From the sequence record MT611523.1: a DNA stretch of 64,000 nucleotides. The stretch is one strand, 5' to 3'. The notes beneath the pieces are model-generated. The model searched no databases, had not been told where the DNA came from, and worked only from the letters and a program-made list of their open reading frames with translations. The DNA is from Escherichia phage DK-13. Numbering within the stretch: position 1 is the first letter of the stretch; every line of letters begins with the position of its first letter. Both the position numbers and the translations under genes were made by a program. This document shows, piece after piece, positions 26,832 through 36,503 of the stretch.

Positions 26832-27069
26832 CCTTGATGCATGATTCAGCCATATGAATTAATGTCTCTGGAGTATCATCTTCCATTACATTAAAGCTAA
26901 ATTCCACGGCCCAATCGGTGACTACATAGACTTTGATAAGTTGACCAGTTTCCCGGTCAGTGATAGCTTCAAACCAATACTTAATAGTATTCGGTTGATT
27001 ATCGTCGTCAACCACAGCACATTCGCGGATATGTTCAAGACCCGCTTCATTAAAATCATAAAGTCTCAC
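26806..27069 (-). CDS. hypothetical protein (87 aa)
   Basis: co-oriented acidic ORF. Confidence 0.4.
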   Translation of the reverse strand: MRLYDFNEAGLEHIRECAVVDDDNQPNTIKYWFEAITDRETGQLIKVYVVTDWAVEFSFNVMEDDTPETLIHMAESCIKDAYYDEDF

Positions 27070-28085
27070 GGTTGCACCTCAAGGTATAATTTGTTGGCCA
27101 ATGCTTTGAGAGCTTTTGATTCTTTCTCATTGGCGTCAGGTAATGCATCGATATATTCTGCCATCATATCTGTTAAGCGTTTTATGTCTAACTCTTCATC
27201 AGAGTCTGATGTGTCAACACTGTTATCAACCTTATTGACAACACGCAATTCATGCACACGCTTTTCTAATTCAGATTCGAACTTGGTCAGGTCTTTATCG
27301 ACTTTTTCTACAATAACACGGACTGATAAGTCTTTGAAGTCGTCGTAGTTAATAGTTTCGTTTGGATAGAAAATCTTCCGATGCCAGGTGGTTTCATTCG
27401 GAATAAATTTCATCTCTTCGGTTTCGGTATCAAATTCCCAGAACCCGCGCGGGTCGTTCTCGTCACCTGCTGTTAATGTCCATGGTGTCCCGATGTACTT
27501 AACGTTTGCAGCTTCTGAAATTGTGTGGAAGTGACCAGACCAAACTTGCTTGTACTTCTTAAGGAAATCAGGCTCAAGTCCGTGGGATTTCAATCCTTTA
27601 TAGAAATAAAACCCGGTTAATTCCCAGTGACCGATGCAATATTCAGCCCCAGAAGTTTTGATATGTTGGTGAATGTCAGTTGCGTTCTCGTCACACATCC
27701 ATGGAATCATATCAATCTGACAACCGTCAAAATCAACAGTCGTTGGCTTATCGTAGATTTTAACATGGTCATACTTATTCAGGAGTTCAGTGATAGCATT
27801 AGGATGAATCTTATTCTTCAGATTCATGTCATGGTTCCCGACTATCGTGTGCATAGTAATTCCTGCTTCACGAAGGAGTTCCATAATCTCACGGCTGAAT
27901 TCCATCGTCTTATGCGTTACGGCCTTACGGACGTCAAAAATATCACCATATTGAATCCAGACTTTAATCCCATTCGCTTTGGAATATGCAATCGCCTGTA
28001 AAATACCATCGCGTTGAATGTTTTGAGCCCATGGGTCGTCAGCTTTGACACCTAAGTGCCAATCACCTAAATTTAAAATTTTCAT
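27066..28085 (-). CDS. 47: recombination nuclease subunit gp47 (Mre11/SbcD-like)
   Basis: 339 aa from MKILNLGDWHLG; phosphoesterase motifs D-x-H, GDIFD, GNHD; ORF-track start 28112 is 9 codons upstream. Confidence 0.92.
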   Translation of the reverse strand: MKILNLGDWHLGVKADDPWAQNIQRDGILQAIAYSKANGIKVWIQYGDIFDVRKAVTHKTMEFSREIMELLREAGITMHTIVGNHDMNLKNKIHPNAITELLNKYDHVKIYDKPTTVDFDGCQIDMIPWMCDENATDIHQHIKTSGAEYCIGHWELTGFYFYKGLKSHGLEPDFLKKYKQVWSGHFHTISEAANVKYIGTPWTLTAGDENDPRGFWEFDTETEEMKFIPNETTWHRKIFYPNETINYDDFKDLSVRVIVEKVDKDLTKFESELEKRVHELRVVNKVDNSVDTSDSDEELDIKRLTDMMAEYIDALPDANEKESKALKALANKLYLEVQP

Positions 28086-28225
28086 AAGCCAAGCGCCGTT
28101 ATCGCAGTGCAAAATAAAATTATTGAAATGAACCCGTCAGGAGTGGAAAAGAATCCTATCCAACAAGCTCTTGTGAATGTGTAGAATGCCATGAATAGCA
28201 CGACATATCCTAAAAATAATTCCAT
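28082..28225 (-). CDS. small hydrophobic peptide (47 aa)
   Basis: SD GAGGAG, stop overlaps gene 47 ATG (ATGA); hand translation. Confidence 0.35.
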   Translation of the reverse strand: MELFLGYVVLFMAFYTFTRACWIGFFSTPDGFISIILFCTAITALGL

Positions 28226-28264
28226 ATACTCTCCTCAGTTGGTTCATTTTATCATCCCGAATAT

Positions 28265-28292
28265 AAAGCAAAAAAGGAAGCACTAGGCTTCC
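28265..28292 (-). terminator. rho-independent terminator
   Basis: AGGAAGC-ACTA-GGCTTCCT hairpin followed by T-run on minus strand. Confidence 0.5.
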
Positions 28293-28514
28293 TTTCCAAT
28301 TAATACACCATACAGAGGTTCATGAGAAGACCTGAACTTGATAGGCTTATAGGTAATAGTACCTTCATTTTCTGCTTTAATACGAGCAGCTTCAAATTGA
28401 AGAATCATCTCGTTTTTGTCAGATTTAATCTTATCAAAATCCGTCGAATTCGTCATTCATATGACCTCTTAAAAATCTGGATGTTCGTCGTTCATTAGCC
28501 ACCTGTCCATGTTA

Positions 28515-28715
28515 TCATCGTTGCCACCATTTCTTAAGTTGATGAGAATCGACCCAAACCTTGGCTACAGGCTCAATCTGAAAAATACCATCAGAATATT
28601 GGCCCATCATTTTGTATTCGGTTTCGGTTTGCTTGATACAGATATTACCGTATGAGCGAAGTCTGAAAGCGGCTCCAACAAGAAGCCGTTTAAAAGGTTT
28701 ATTTACTAATGCCAT
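28515..28715 (-). CDS. hypothetical protein (66 aa)
   Basis: co-oriented ORF in the locus where T4 has alpha-gt. Confidence 0.35.
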   Translation of the reverse strand: MALVNKPFKRLLVGAAFRLRSYGNICIKQTETEYKMMGQYSDGIFQIEPVAKVWVDSHQLKKWWQR

Positions 28716-29010
28716 TTACGATTTCCCAAATTTGTTTGCGAGTAGAATCCCACATCAACTTAATCAGGTCTTCCGTAACTGGTTGGCGGTAAATTCCACG
28801 CAGTTTAACAAGAGCATATTTGTATGCTTCAAAATTGTTTTCCAGCACTGCCCCTTGAGCATGCTTATTCAGTCGTGCAATTTCACGAGCATTCTTTTTC
28901 AGAATCTTCGCTGCTTGACTGGTTGCTTCGAGTGCGTTCGCTTCTTCGAGACGTTCCTGTGCTTCTTCAATCTGCTTATCGGTCAGTTGAGAAATATCTG
29001 GAGCTTGCAT
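28699..29010 (-). CDS. hypothetical protein (103 aa)
   Basis: co-oriented helical ORF. Confidence 0.4.
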   Translation of the reverse strand: MQAPDISQLTDKQIEEAQERLEEANALEATSQAAKILKKNAREIARLNKHAQGAVLENNFEAYKYALVKLRGIYRQPVTEDLIKLMWDSTRKQIWEIVNGISK

Positions 29011-29011
29011 A

Positions 29012-29281
29012 TTAATCCTTGGGAGTTAACTCAATTGTAAAATATAGATTAGCATTATCCACATGATAACGGTAATCAACGTTATTGTCCGGAGAAGTAA
29101 ATTCCAGATTCCGGACGTTTAAAGGGTCGATATCAATTGGAAGACCTTTTATGTCTCGCAGATAAAGTTTAATGAAATATGGGAGAGCCGTAAAGTCTTC
29201 CTCGATTTTATCTAAAAAATCGGTAATATCAAATTGATGTTCCATATAAAAAATCCAAATCACCCTCTTTATCTTTGGCAC
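29012..29281 (-). CDS. hypothetical protein (89 aa)
   Basis: co-oriented ORF; 5' end overlaps gene 55 so true start is probably internal. Confidence 0.35.
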   Translation of the reverse strand: MPKIKRVIWIFYMEHQFDITDFLDKIEEDFTALPYFIKLYLRDIKGLPIDIDPLNVRNLEFTSPDNNVDYRYHVDNANLYFTIELTPKD

Positions 29282-29786
29282 TCTTATCAGACCCTGGCGC
29301 TTTAACTAAGGAGGATTCGTACTGTGTCATTTTGTCATAGATGTCCTGGATAAATGTTTCATCAGCCAGAGCCACCATATCGTCATCACGTGAATCATAT
29401 ACGTTATGGACGAAGTAGCTATATTTCTTTGCCATTTCTTTACGTTCTTTTTTGATACGCTGAACGAAAGCATTGAAGCAAGCCATTGTTATGTAAGCAT
29501 GTGGATTATCGTATTTTGTTTCGTCGAAGTTGTGAAGACCTTTTATTGCGGCCTCAATACCGTCAGCAATCATTTCTTGCTTCCAGGATTGGGTATATCC
29601 GGAGAAGTTGAAACGTTTGCTAAGACCTTCGGCTATAAGCATAATCGCCAGACCAATAACATCGTTCTGGCGAATAATTTTGTTCGGGTCGGTGTTCGCA
29701 TTCAGCTTCTGTTTCCACTCCGAAATAGCTTTCAAAAGCTCTTTATTATTTACATAGTTATTCTTGGTTAATTTAATTTCGTTCAT
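29229..29786 (-). CDS. 55: late sigma factor gp55
   Basis: 185 aa; NYVNNKELL...[18 protein letters not shown] collinear with T4 gp55. Confidence 0.92.
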   Translation of the reverse strand: MNEIKLTKNNYVNNKELLKAISEWKQKLNANTDPNKIIRQNDVIGLAIMLIAEGLSKRFNFSGYTQSWKQEMIADGIEAAIKGLHNFDETKYDNPHAYITMACFNAFVQRIKKERKEMAKKYSYFVHNVYDSRDDDMVALADETFIQDIYDKMTQYESSLVKAPGSDKSAKDKEGDLDFLYGTSI

Positions 29787-29834
29787 ATCGCCTCACTTAG
29801 TATATGAATATTATATCATCCTTTATACAAAGCA

Positions 29835-30101
29835 TTAGCGAAGTAAACAGTAAGCCTGAAAGACCTTCTCCATAATTGCCTTAAATTCATGGATGTCAAT
29901 ATAAGGGATAACCTCGGCATCACTAATGAATTCCATCAAACGGTCATGCTCGTTGCGGTATTGTCCTTCATTCAACATGCCGATATGGGACTCCCAAGAG
30001 CCATACCCTTCTACGTGTGGGAAGAATGTTATTTTCATGAATTCATCCACCCAAAACGTTCCCAGGTCCTGGATGGATATCATTGTATGATTGATGTGCA
30101 T
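29835..30101 (-). CDS. hypothetical protein (88 aa)
   Basis: co-oriented ORF. Confidence 0.4.
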   Translation of the reverse strand: MHINHTMISIQDLGTFWVDEFMKITFFPHVEGYGSWESHIGMLNEGQYRNEHDRLMEFISDAEVIPYIDIHEFKAIMEKVFQAYCLLR

Positions 30102-30367
30102 CAGTACACCAATTGGGCAGCTTCTAAAACATCATCAAGCTTATCAAACTGGTCAATATAATCAATCCCACCAACTTCATCTTTAGCATACAACCAATAT
30201 TGGTGAAATTCATATTCAATAATAAAGTGGTCACCTTCAATCTGGAGAACGCCAGCATTATTAAATTGAACTGCATAACCCGTAAAGCGAACATCATTCA
30301 GGAGTTCTTCTTTCATAGTAATCATTTCCAAGTTTTTATCGTAATTAGAGAGTTTTATTTTAATCAT
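30101..30367 (-). CDS. hypothetical protein (88 aa)
   Basis: co-oriented ORF. Confidence 0.4.
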   Translation of the reverse strand: MIKIKLSNYDKNLEMITMKEELLNDVRFTGYAVQFNNAGVLQIEGDHFIIEYEFHQYWLYAKDEVGGIDYIDQFDKLDDVLEAAQLVY

Positions 30368-30623
30368 TTAAGTAGTCCAGGAATTCGTCTAATGTCATGC
30401 CTTCCGCCCAAGCTTCCCAAGCATCGATTTTAGTGTACTTGGTTTTAGTACACATAGGATAGATTTTGAATTCATATCCCATTGAAATGAAATAATTTAA
30501 AGTCCTTTGTAAATAGTAACCTTGACTAATTTTATGAGCTCGGCGAATTCCATTAGCATACGTATGTTTGTATGATACTATTACCGCAACACCTTCAGGT
30601 AATTCAATAGCAGGACACATCAT
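30360..30623 (-). CDS. hypothetical protein (87 aa)
   Basis: co-oriented ORF. Confidence 0.4.
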   Translation of the reverse strand: MMCPAIELPEGVAVIVSYKHTYANGIRRAHKISQGYYLQRTLNYFISMGYEFKIYPMCTKTKYTKIDAWEAWAEGMTLDEFLDYLND

Positions 30624-30946
30624 TTCGCACCCTTAACAATTTTCAGGTCAACAAAACCTTTCTTACGTTGGGAATTCATACGCTTGATGGCTTTGTCAGA
30701 AACTTCTTTGTTTTCACGTGGAAGCGGCAGACCAAACGCTACTACATCAAATTCATTCAGGATATACTGAACAAGACTTTCACGAATACGCGCTTTACCC
30801 ATTGTCTGACCTTCTGCAATAATCAACTTCTGTACATCGCCTTCCCACTGGTCCAGAATCTCAGGGGTAACGAAACCAGATTTCATCAGAGTGTTAACTT
30901 TAGCAAATGCGAAATTAGCGATGATGTTAGTGATAGATGCAGTCAT
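30620..30946 (-). CDS. hypothetical protein (108 aa)
   Basis: co-oriented ORF. Confidence 0.4.
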   Translation of the reverse strand: MTASITNIIANFAFAKVNTLMKSGFVTPEILDQWEGDVQKLIIAEGQTMGKARIRESLVQYILNEFDVVAFGLPLPRENKEVSDKAIKRMNSQRKKGFVDLKIVKGAK

Positions 30947-31018
30947 GATATATTCCTCAGTCTCATTAAATTAAAATTTTATTATCCTGGGGCCATTATA
31001 CCATGACCCCGTTGGTTT

Positions 31019-31216
31019 TTACTGCGCTTTAGCGCCTTTCCAACCTTCATACATCATCGCGGCGGAAATTAATATTGCTCCTGCACATTTTGAATAATAG
31101 AGATTCCAAAACCAGTTTAGAAAAACTTCATCATCAATACCTTGAGCTATCATATTTTCAAAGAACTGACGACGAGATTCAGCAATTCGCTGTGATAATT
31201 TAGATTGTGGATTCAT
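31019..31216 (-). CDS. hypothetical protein (about 65 aa)
   Basis: internal Met start chosen; the longer track ORF overlaps 31224-31517. Confidence 0.3.
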   Translation of the reverse strand: MNPQSKLSQRIAESRRQFFENMIAQGIDDEVFLNWFWNLYYSKCAGAILISAAMMYEGWKGAKAQ

Positions 31217-31223
31217 ATTTTCC

Positions 31224-31517
31224 TCAGCTGTAACGATAACACTCGTTTGATTTACGTTTTGCAACACGATGAGAAGTATTATAATCCAAATCATCCTCAA
31301 CGTATACATCTTTTTTCAACTGACGAACTTCTTTACGCAGTTGACGATTCATCTCATTCTTGACTTCTGAATCAACGCCACGCATACGCTTCCATTTGTC
31401 TGAACGGAAGATATTTTCTTCAACTTGTTCTTGACTTACACCATCAGGCGCCTGACGACGCCCTGAATAATAAAAATCTTTTACAGACAATTCTTTGCGA
31501 CGAATAGTTTTACCCAT
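31224..31517 (-). CDS. hypothetical basic protein (97 aa)
   Basis: co-oriented ORF, Arg/Lys-rich. Confidence 0.35.
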   Translation of the reverse strand: MGKTIRRKELSVKDFYYSGRRQAPDGVSQEQVEENIFRSDKWKRMRGVDSEVKNEMNRQLRKEVRQLKKDVYVEDDLDYNTSHRVAKRKSNECYRYS

Positions 31518-31519
31518 AG

Positions 31520-31774
31520 TTACCTCAGCAGTTTGTATCCAATAAGATTTTTAATGTACTGGATATCTTTGACATCCAAATCCAACTTAAGGTCTTTCAG
31601 ACGGTCACCCAGGGTCAAAAAGGTTACATGTTTCCAATTCTTCACTGGGCAACAATAAGTCTTAGGACCATTTGCAATTTCAATATTCTTATCAGTGACG
31701 GTGAGAAAAATCAGGCGCTCATCATCCAGATTAAGGGTAATGATATTTTTCATTGAGTGTAATTTCAGGCTCAT
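31520..31774 (-). CDS. hypothetical protein (84 aa)
   Basis: co-oriented ORF; ATG overlaps upstream stop. Confidence 0.4.
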   Translation of the reverse strand: MSLKLHSMKNIITLNLDDERLIFLTVTDKNIEIANGPKTYCCPVKNWKHVTFLTLGDRLKDLKLDLDVKDIQYIKNLIGYKLLR

Positions 31775-31947
31775 AATTTAATTTCCTTAGCTACTGAACA
31801 AAATACACCACGGTCACAAATCATTTTAATATTAAGGTCAATTATGGTATACCACACATCCAGGCTAGATATTTCAGTTACTAGAACAGCTTTGCCGTTG
31901 ATTGAATAATACTGGTTGACTTTAATTTCTTTATCTTGGATAGTCAT
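31771..31947 (-). CDS. small protein (58 aa)
   Basis: ATG 31945-31947 directly after class-A leader; stop overlaps next ATG. Confidence 0.4.
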   Translation of the reverse strand: MTIQDKEIKVNQYYSINGKAVLVTEISSLDVWYTIIDLNIKMICDRGVFCSVAKEIKL

Positions 31948-31978
31948 TATGTTTTCCTCATCAGTAGTTGATGGGATA

Positions 31979-32007
31979 ATGATACATCATTCAAAGGGGC
32001 TTGTACA
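31979..32007 (-). promoter_or_regulatory. early promoter with class-A leader; -35 sits in a hairpin loop
   Basis: -35 TGTACA (32002-32007) inside the AGGGG...CCCCT hairpin, 17-nt spacer, -10 TATCAT, leader CCCATCAACTACTGATGAGGA. Confidence 0.5.
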
Positions 32008-32015
32008 CCCCTTTT

Positions 32016-32333
32016 TTAATCTTCAATTAAGTCCTGGTCATACCCCAGGGATATCAGTTTTGTTTTAAAGGCAGGAATATTGGTCATTTTTTCATCATTG
32101 ACAAAAATCACCGGGTAACGAATGTTAAGGGTAGGATATCCAGCACGCTTAGCCAGAGACACGATTAAAGGCCTGTCATAAGCGATTTCAGAGCCTTGTT
32201 TGTTAAGGACTGAATAGAATGTATAAGGAAGGTTTAAGGAGCCCAGAAGGCTCCTGACGTGCATACAACCAGGGCATCGACCGACTTCTTCGGGGATACC
32301 ATAGATTTCAATCTTAGTCGAGTTTTGGCCCAC
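32016..32333 (-). CDS. nrdH: glutaredoxin-like NrdH
   Basis: 105 aa; CPGC redox motif near N-terminus; upstream of nrdG/nrdD. Confidence 0.65.
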   Translation of the reverse strand: MGQNSTKIEIYGIPEEVGRCPGCMHVRSLLGSLNLPYTFYSVLNKQGSEIAYDRPLIVSLAKRAGYPTLNIRYPVIFVNDEKMTNIPAFKTKLISLGYDQDLIED

Positions 32334-32613
32334 AGGAAATCACTCCTTGGTAGTTCCAGGTTTTAATAACTTCTTCATCGCTGGCAGTTGCGTACGGGAC
32401 ATAAACCTGTACAAGAAAACCCGTGTCATCGAAAGAGAAATAAACCGTCGGTTTGATTCCGTGAATCTCTGATAGAGCATAGATGTCTTTAAGGTCTTCT
32501 TCCTTATCGACAAAGAATTCCGGGTTCAGGTCGCAGTCATGGAAGTACCATTCATCGCCGAACTTGTCCCATGCGGTCCAATTAATAGTTACATATTCTT
32601 CAAAACGTTTCAT
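32314..32613 (-). CDS. hypothetical protein (99 aa)
   Basis: co-oriented ORF. Confidence 0.4.
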   Translation of the reverse strand: MKRFEEYVTINWTAWDKFGDEWYFHDCDLNPEFFVDKEEDLKDIYALSEIHGIKPTVYFSFDDTGFLVQVYVPYATASDEEVIKTWNYQGVISCGPKLD

Positions 32614-32849
32614 TCTTTCACCTTCATCATTTTAGCAATAACACTATGGACAGCCTGGATTCGTTTGTCGAACTCAGACCCTTCAAGACCCTTTTCAGTA
32701 CTCAGGGCACCAATCATCACAAACAGCAATCCAAATGGGATAACCAGGATTAAAAGGCACACAATAAACAGAACAAATGTAATATTGGCCAGAATATCTG
32801 CTGCAGCATTACGAAATTTATACATATTTACCCTTAATTGATTAACCAA
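32610..32849 (-). CDS. small membrane protein (79 aa)
   Basis: co-oriented ORF with a long hydrophobic segment. Confidence 0.4.
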   Translation of the reverse strand: MVNQLRVNMYKFRNAAADILANITFVLFIVCLLILVIPFGLLFVMIGALSTEKGLEGSEFDKRIQAVHSVIAKMMKVKE

Positions 32850-32939
32850 GCATTGATAAGCACTAAACTATACTGCGAATAAAATTCTGGACCAAAATGA
32901 AAAATCATATCATTTATAGTATCCATAATATAATTAAAT

Positions 32940-33410
32940 TTAATCATGTTTCCACACCCCATTGGTATTTGACCAAAGTCGCTGATTATCTGACCCTCGC
33001 CACAGTTTTTTGGTCGGAAGATTTTTCTCATACTTCCCATCAATAATAACATCAACATATTTAAGCATTTCTAGTTGTTTAATATCTTCAAACTTATATC
33101 CTGTCCACAGCCAAATGTTTTTATTGGGATAAAGATTTTTAATAGTTTGAACCACAGAGTGAATAACATCTCGGTTATCAGGATAGAGAGGGTCTCCTCC
33201 AGTTATAGTTAATCCTTCTATATAATCATTATTCAAACATTCAATTAATTGTTCTAGTGTTTCACCAGTGAATGGAACACCATTTCTAGCATTCCATGTT
33301 GATTTATTATAACACCCTTCGCATTTATGCAAACAACCTGTAACGAAAAGAACGACCCTACATCCAGGGCCATTCACAAAATCGCAAGGATAAAATCTAT
33401 CATAATTCAT
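32940..33410 (-). CDS. nrdG: anaerobic ribonucleotide reductase activase NrdG (radical SAM)
   Basis: 156 aa; CxxxCxxC cluster (GCLHKCEGC). Confidence 0.88.
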   Translation of the reverse strand: MNYDRFYPCDFVNGPGCRVVLFVTGCLHKCEGCYNKSTWNARNGVPFTGETLEQLIECLNNDYIEGLTITGGDPLYPDNRDVIHSVVQTIKNLYPNKNIWLWTGYKFEDIKQLEMLKYVDVIIDGKYEKNLPTKKLWRGSDNQRLWSNTNGVWKHD

Positions 33411-35224
33411 TGGTGTTTAACCCTATGCATGATTTCTTTATTTTTGCCGAGATTAAATCCGCGTTCGTTCGGATTTCCCAAATAGCCGCATGTTCTTCTT
33501 ATTGTGTTCATCTTTTTAGGGTCAGTTTCTCCACAAATAGAACAAACAAATCCGTTTTCAGTAGGAGTCATTTCATGGGTACTTCCACATGTAAAACATT
33601 TATCCACTGGCATATTAACACCAAAATAATCTAAATGCTGTGCAGCATAATCCCATACAGCCTCAAGACCTTTTAGGTTATTTTTCATATCAGGAAGTTC
33701 AACATAAGAAATGTGACCGCCTGTCGCAATGAAATGATATGGGGCTTCACGAGAAATCTTTTCAAACGGGGTAATATTTTTTTCTACTGAAACATGGAAA
33801 CTGTTAGTGTACCAGCCTTTATCGGTAACATCTTTTACACTTCCATATTTTTCGGTATCAAGTTTACAGAAGCGATAGCACAGGTTTTCAGCAGGAGTAG
33901 AATACAAACTAAAAGCAAATCCGGTTCTTTCAGTCCACTGCTTAAGACGAGCATTCATTTTAGTCAAAATTTCTTGCCCAATATCACGACCGGCAAGAAT
34001 ATTCAATTCGTGAATACCGATGTATCCTAGGGACACTGAACTTCTACCGTTTTTAAATAACTCAATTATATCATCATCAGGTTTAAGACGAACCCCGAAT
34101 GCACCTTCTTGGTAAAGAATAGGAGCAACAGTCGCTTTAACTCCTTTTAAGGAACTAATTCTACACATCAAAGCTTCAAAACATAAATCCATTCGCTCAT
34201 TGAACAATTCAGTAAATTTCTGTTCATTGAACTGTGTTCCAATATAAGAATCTAACGCAATACGAGGAAGATTCAGTGTTACAACACCAAGATTATTACG
34301 TCCATCAAGAATTTCATTACCAGTCGAATCTTTCCATACGCCCAAGAAACTACGGCAACCCATTGGAGAAACAGGAATAGATGAACCGGTGATAGCTTTA
34401 TTGTTCTTAGCCGAAATGATGTCAGGATACATTCTTTTGCTTGCACACTCTAGAGCAAGCTGCTTAATATCATAGTTCGGGTCGTCTTTATAAAGATTAA
34501 CACCTTCTTCAACAAACATAACAAGCTTAGGGAAAATAGGAGTTATCCCATCGCGACCGAGACCTTTAATACGATTTTTCAGAATTGCTTTCTGAATCAT
34601 TCGTTCGGTCCAGTCAGTTCCGGTACCAAATGTAATTGTTACAAAAGGCGTTTGTCCGTTTGAACTAAAGAGAGTATTTACTTCATATTCATAAGCTTGG
34701 AATGCATCATATACGTCTTTTTCTGTTTTAGATTGAGCATAATTCAACGCATCAGTGATTTGCCATTTTTCCGCGTCCTCAATATGTTTCGCATAGGTAC
34801 GTTTAACATAAGGAGAAAGTACTTTATCTACATTCGCAAAAGTCGTTCCGCCATATTGATGGGAAGCAACCTGCGCAGTAATTTGTGCCATAATTGCAGT
34901 AGCAACACTGATTGATTTAGGAGTTTCAATCTGTGCATTACCGAGCTTAAACCCGTTCTCAAGCATTCCTTTTAAATCTACTAAACAGCAATTAGTAAAT
35001 GGAAGAGCAGGGGAATAATCAATATCATGGAAATGAATAATTCCGCTTTCATGTGCTTTCATAATAAAAGACGCGACCATATTTTTGGCAATGTGTTTAG
35101 ATACAATACCAGCCATAAGGTCACGTTGAGTTGGAAAAACACGAGAATCTTTATTAGCATTCTCGTTTAAAAGGTCTTTATTAGTTTTATGAATCAATCC
35201 TTCAATTTCGTTTTCAATTGTCAT
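33407..35224 (-). CDS. nrdD: anaerobic ribonucleoside-triphosphate reductase NrdD
   Basis: 605 aa, same length as T4 NrdD; C-terminal glycyl-radical motif RTCGYLG and Cys cluster; uninterrupted (no intron). Confidence 0.93.
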   Translation of the reverse strand: MTIENEIEGLIHKTNKDLLNENANKDSRVFPTQRDLMAGIVSKHIAKNMVASFIMKAHESGIIHFHDIDYSPALPFTNCCLVDLKGMLENGFKLGNAQIETPKSISVATAIMAQITAQVASHQYGGTTFANVDKVLSPYVKRTYAKHIEDAEKWQITDALNYAQSKTEKDVYDAFQAYEYEVNTLFSSNGQTPFVTITFGTGTDWTERMIQKAILKNRIKGLGRDGITPIFPKLVMFVEEGVNLYKDDPNYDIKQLALECASKRMYPDIISAKNNKAITGSSIPVSPMGCRSFLGVWKDSTGNEILDGRNNLGVVTLNLPRIALDSYIGTQFNEQKFTELFNERMDLCFEALMCRISSLKGVKATVAPILYQEGAFGVRLKPDDDIIELFKNGRSSVSLGYIGIHELNILAGRDIGQEILTKMNARLKQWTERTGFAFSLYSTPAENLCYRFCKLDTEKYGSVKDVTDKGWYTNSFHVSVEKNITPFEKISREAPYHFIATGGHISYVELPDMKNNLKGLEAVWDYAAQHLDYFGVNMPVDKCFTCGSTHEMTPTENGFVCSICGETDPKKMNTIRRTCGYLGNPNERGFNLGKNKEIMHRVKHQ

Positions 35225-35694
35225 TTTAAACTCTTTCTAAGCTGCTTCTTAAATGAAGCCATTAATTGTGTTTTTGTGTCAGATTCATTATAAGTCATAC
35301 CGTTCAAAAGCATTTCCCGAATCATTTCTTCTTTCCCCAGACGACCGAACTCTTTGGCTTTGTCTGTTACAAAATTGGGGTGAATATTGTTTTCGGTATA
35401 ATCAGATTTCAGATAGACAAGCAAACTCTCCAACCATTCCAGGTAGTCAACATTGCGACCTTTCAGACCCGAACGGCTGAACTTATGCTTCATTTGCCCT
35501 TCTGTTCCATTGCACAGATTGCATAGTAACCCGCGAACCTTACCAGCTTTTGGCCCGTTCAATTCGTGGTCATGGTCAAGATGGTTGGCCTGAACATCGG
35601 AGTCCAAATCACGGTGGCAAATTGGACACTTACCAGCTTGTGCATCATAAAGTTTTTGTTTTTCTTCTTTGTATAATTTGCCAGTCAACAACAT
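35221..35694 (-). CDS. 49: endonuclease VII (Holliday junction resolvase) gp49
   Basis: 157 aa; HLDHDHELNGPKAGKVRGLLCNLCN block nearly identical to T4 gp49. Confidence 0.93.
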   Translation of the reverse strand: MLLTGKLYKEEKQKLYDAQAGKCPICHRDLDSDVQANHLDHDHELNGPKAGKVRGLLCNLCNGTEGQMKHKFSRSGLKGRNVDYLEWLESLLVYLKSDYTENNIHPNFVTDKAKEFGRLGKEEMIREMLLNGMTYNESDTKTQLMASFKKQLRKSLK

Positions 35695-35732
35695 AATAAA
35701 CCCTTACCATTATTAGATAAGGGTATTTATTA
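35695..35732 (-). promoter_or_regulatory. gene 49 leader: SD-sequestering hairpin plus late-promoter-like AATAAATA
   Basis: minus strand AATAAATA-ACCCTTATC...GGTAAGGGT-TTATT-ATG; the stem closes just before the start codon. Confidence 0.45.
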
Positions 35733-35915
35733 TTTTTCAAATGTGCTATAGAACGAACGATGCAACCGTTTAAATTGACGAATCATCTTTTTGGTAGGAC
35801 GAGTATACAATCCCACACAGGTGGCCATAAACTGGTCAGTAGGACTTCCTTTAATAAGAAGTTTCCAGACCTTGTCACCGTTTAACTTTTCGGTATAGAC
35901 TAATTTAGTTTTCAT
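35730..35915 (-). CDS. small basic protein, PTKRQIR paralogue 3 (61 aa)
   Basis: TRPTKKMIRQFKRLHR motif shared with ORFs 11519-11740 and 12887-13126. Confidence 0.45.
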   Translation of the reverse strand: MKTKLVYTEKLNGDKVWKLLIKGSPTDQFMATCVGLYTRPTKKMIRQFKRLHRSFYSTFEK

Positions 35916-36214
35916 ACAGCCTCAAATTCATTATCATCGTTAGTCCAAAAACACCAGAATGCAGATTTGGTGCCTTCATACATTTCTTTGGTGTATTCAT
36001 ATACCTTACCATTGAACTCAATAGCAGTCACACCAATGATTTCAGGATTGCCCCAGGGAGAAATCTCCACCTTCAAGATTTTAACTTTTGCACCTTCACA
36101 GAGCTTACCAGATTCAAAACCGCGATTTCCGTTTAATTCAGGCCAGTCAACATAATGGTCAACGGTTTCTTCAGTAATACGAACAGTTTTACCTTCAAAT
36201 TCAAATAAATTCAT
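35912..36214 (-). CDS. hypothetical protein (100 aa)
   Basis: co-oriented ORF. Confidence 0.4.
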   Translation of the reverse strand: MNLFEFEGKTVRITEETVDHYVDWPELNGNRGFESGKLCEGAKVKILKVEISPWGNPEIIGVTAIEFNGKVYEYTKEMYEGTKSAFWCFWTNDDNEFEAV

Positions 36215-36503
36215 CAGAATGCCTCATCAGAAAAGCGGAGTTGAGCTTCAAGCCAATGAATGTAGTCAGCTGCAGCAAAAATTAAAGCAGATTCTTCATC
36301 GGGTAACTTATGAGAATCTGACAATTCGTAAAGTGAATGCTCAATCAGACGGCCTTTGTGACGGCCAACTTCAATTTTGGTACTCATATCCAAACTCCAT
36401 ATCGATTAACTCATTGTTTGAAGGTTCATTATAATCTATTTCGGAATCGTTGTAAACAGGTTCCTCTGGCTCGACAGTTTCAAATCTACATACAAACCAA
36501 GGT

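Noticed and set aside
33407-35224. Group I intron in nrdD
   Set aside because: nrdD is a single uninterrupted 605-codon ORF of the same length as T4 NrdD, and no homing endonuclease is embedded in it.
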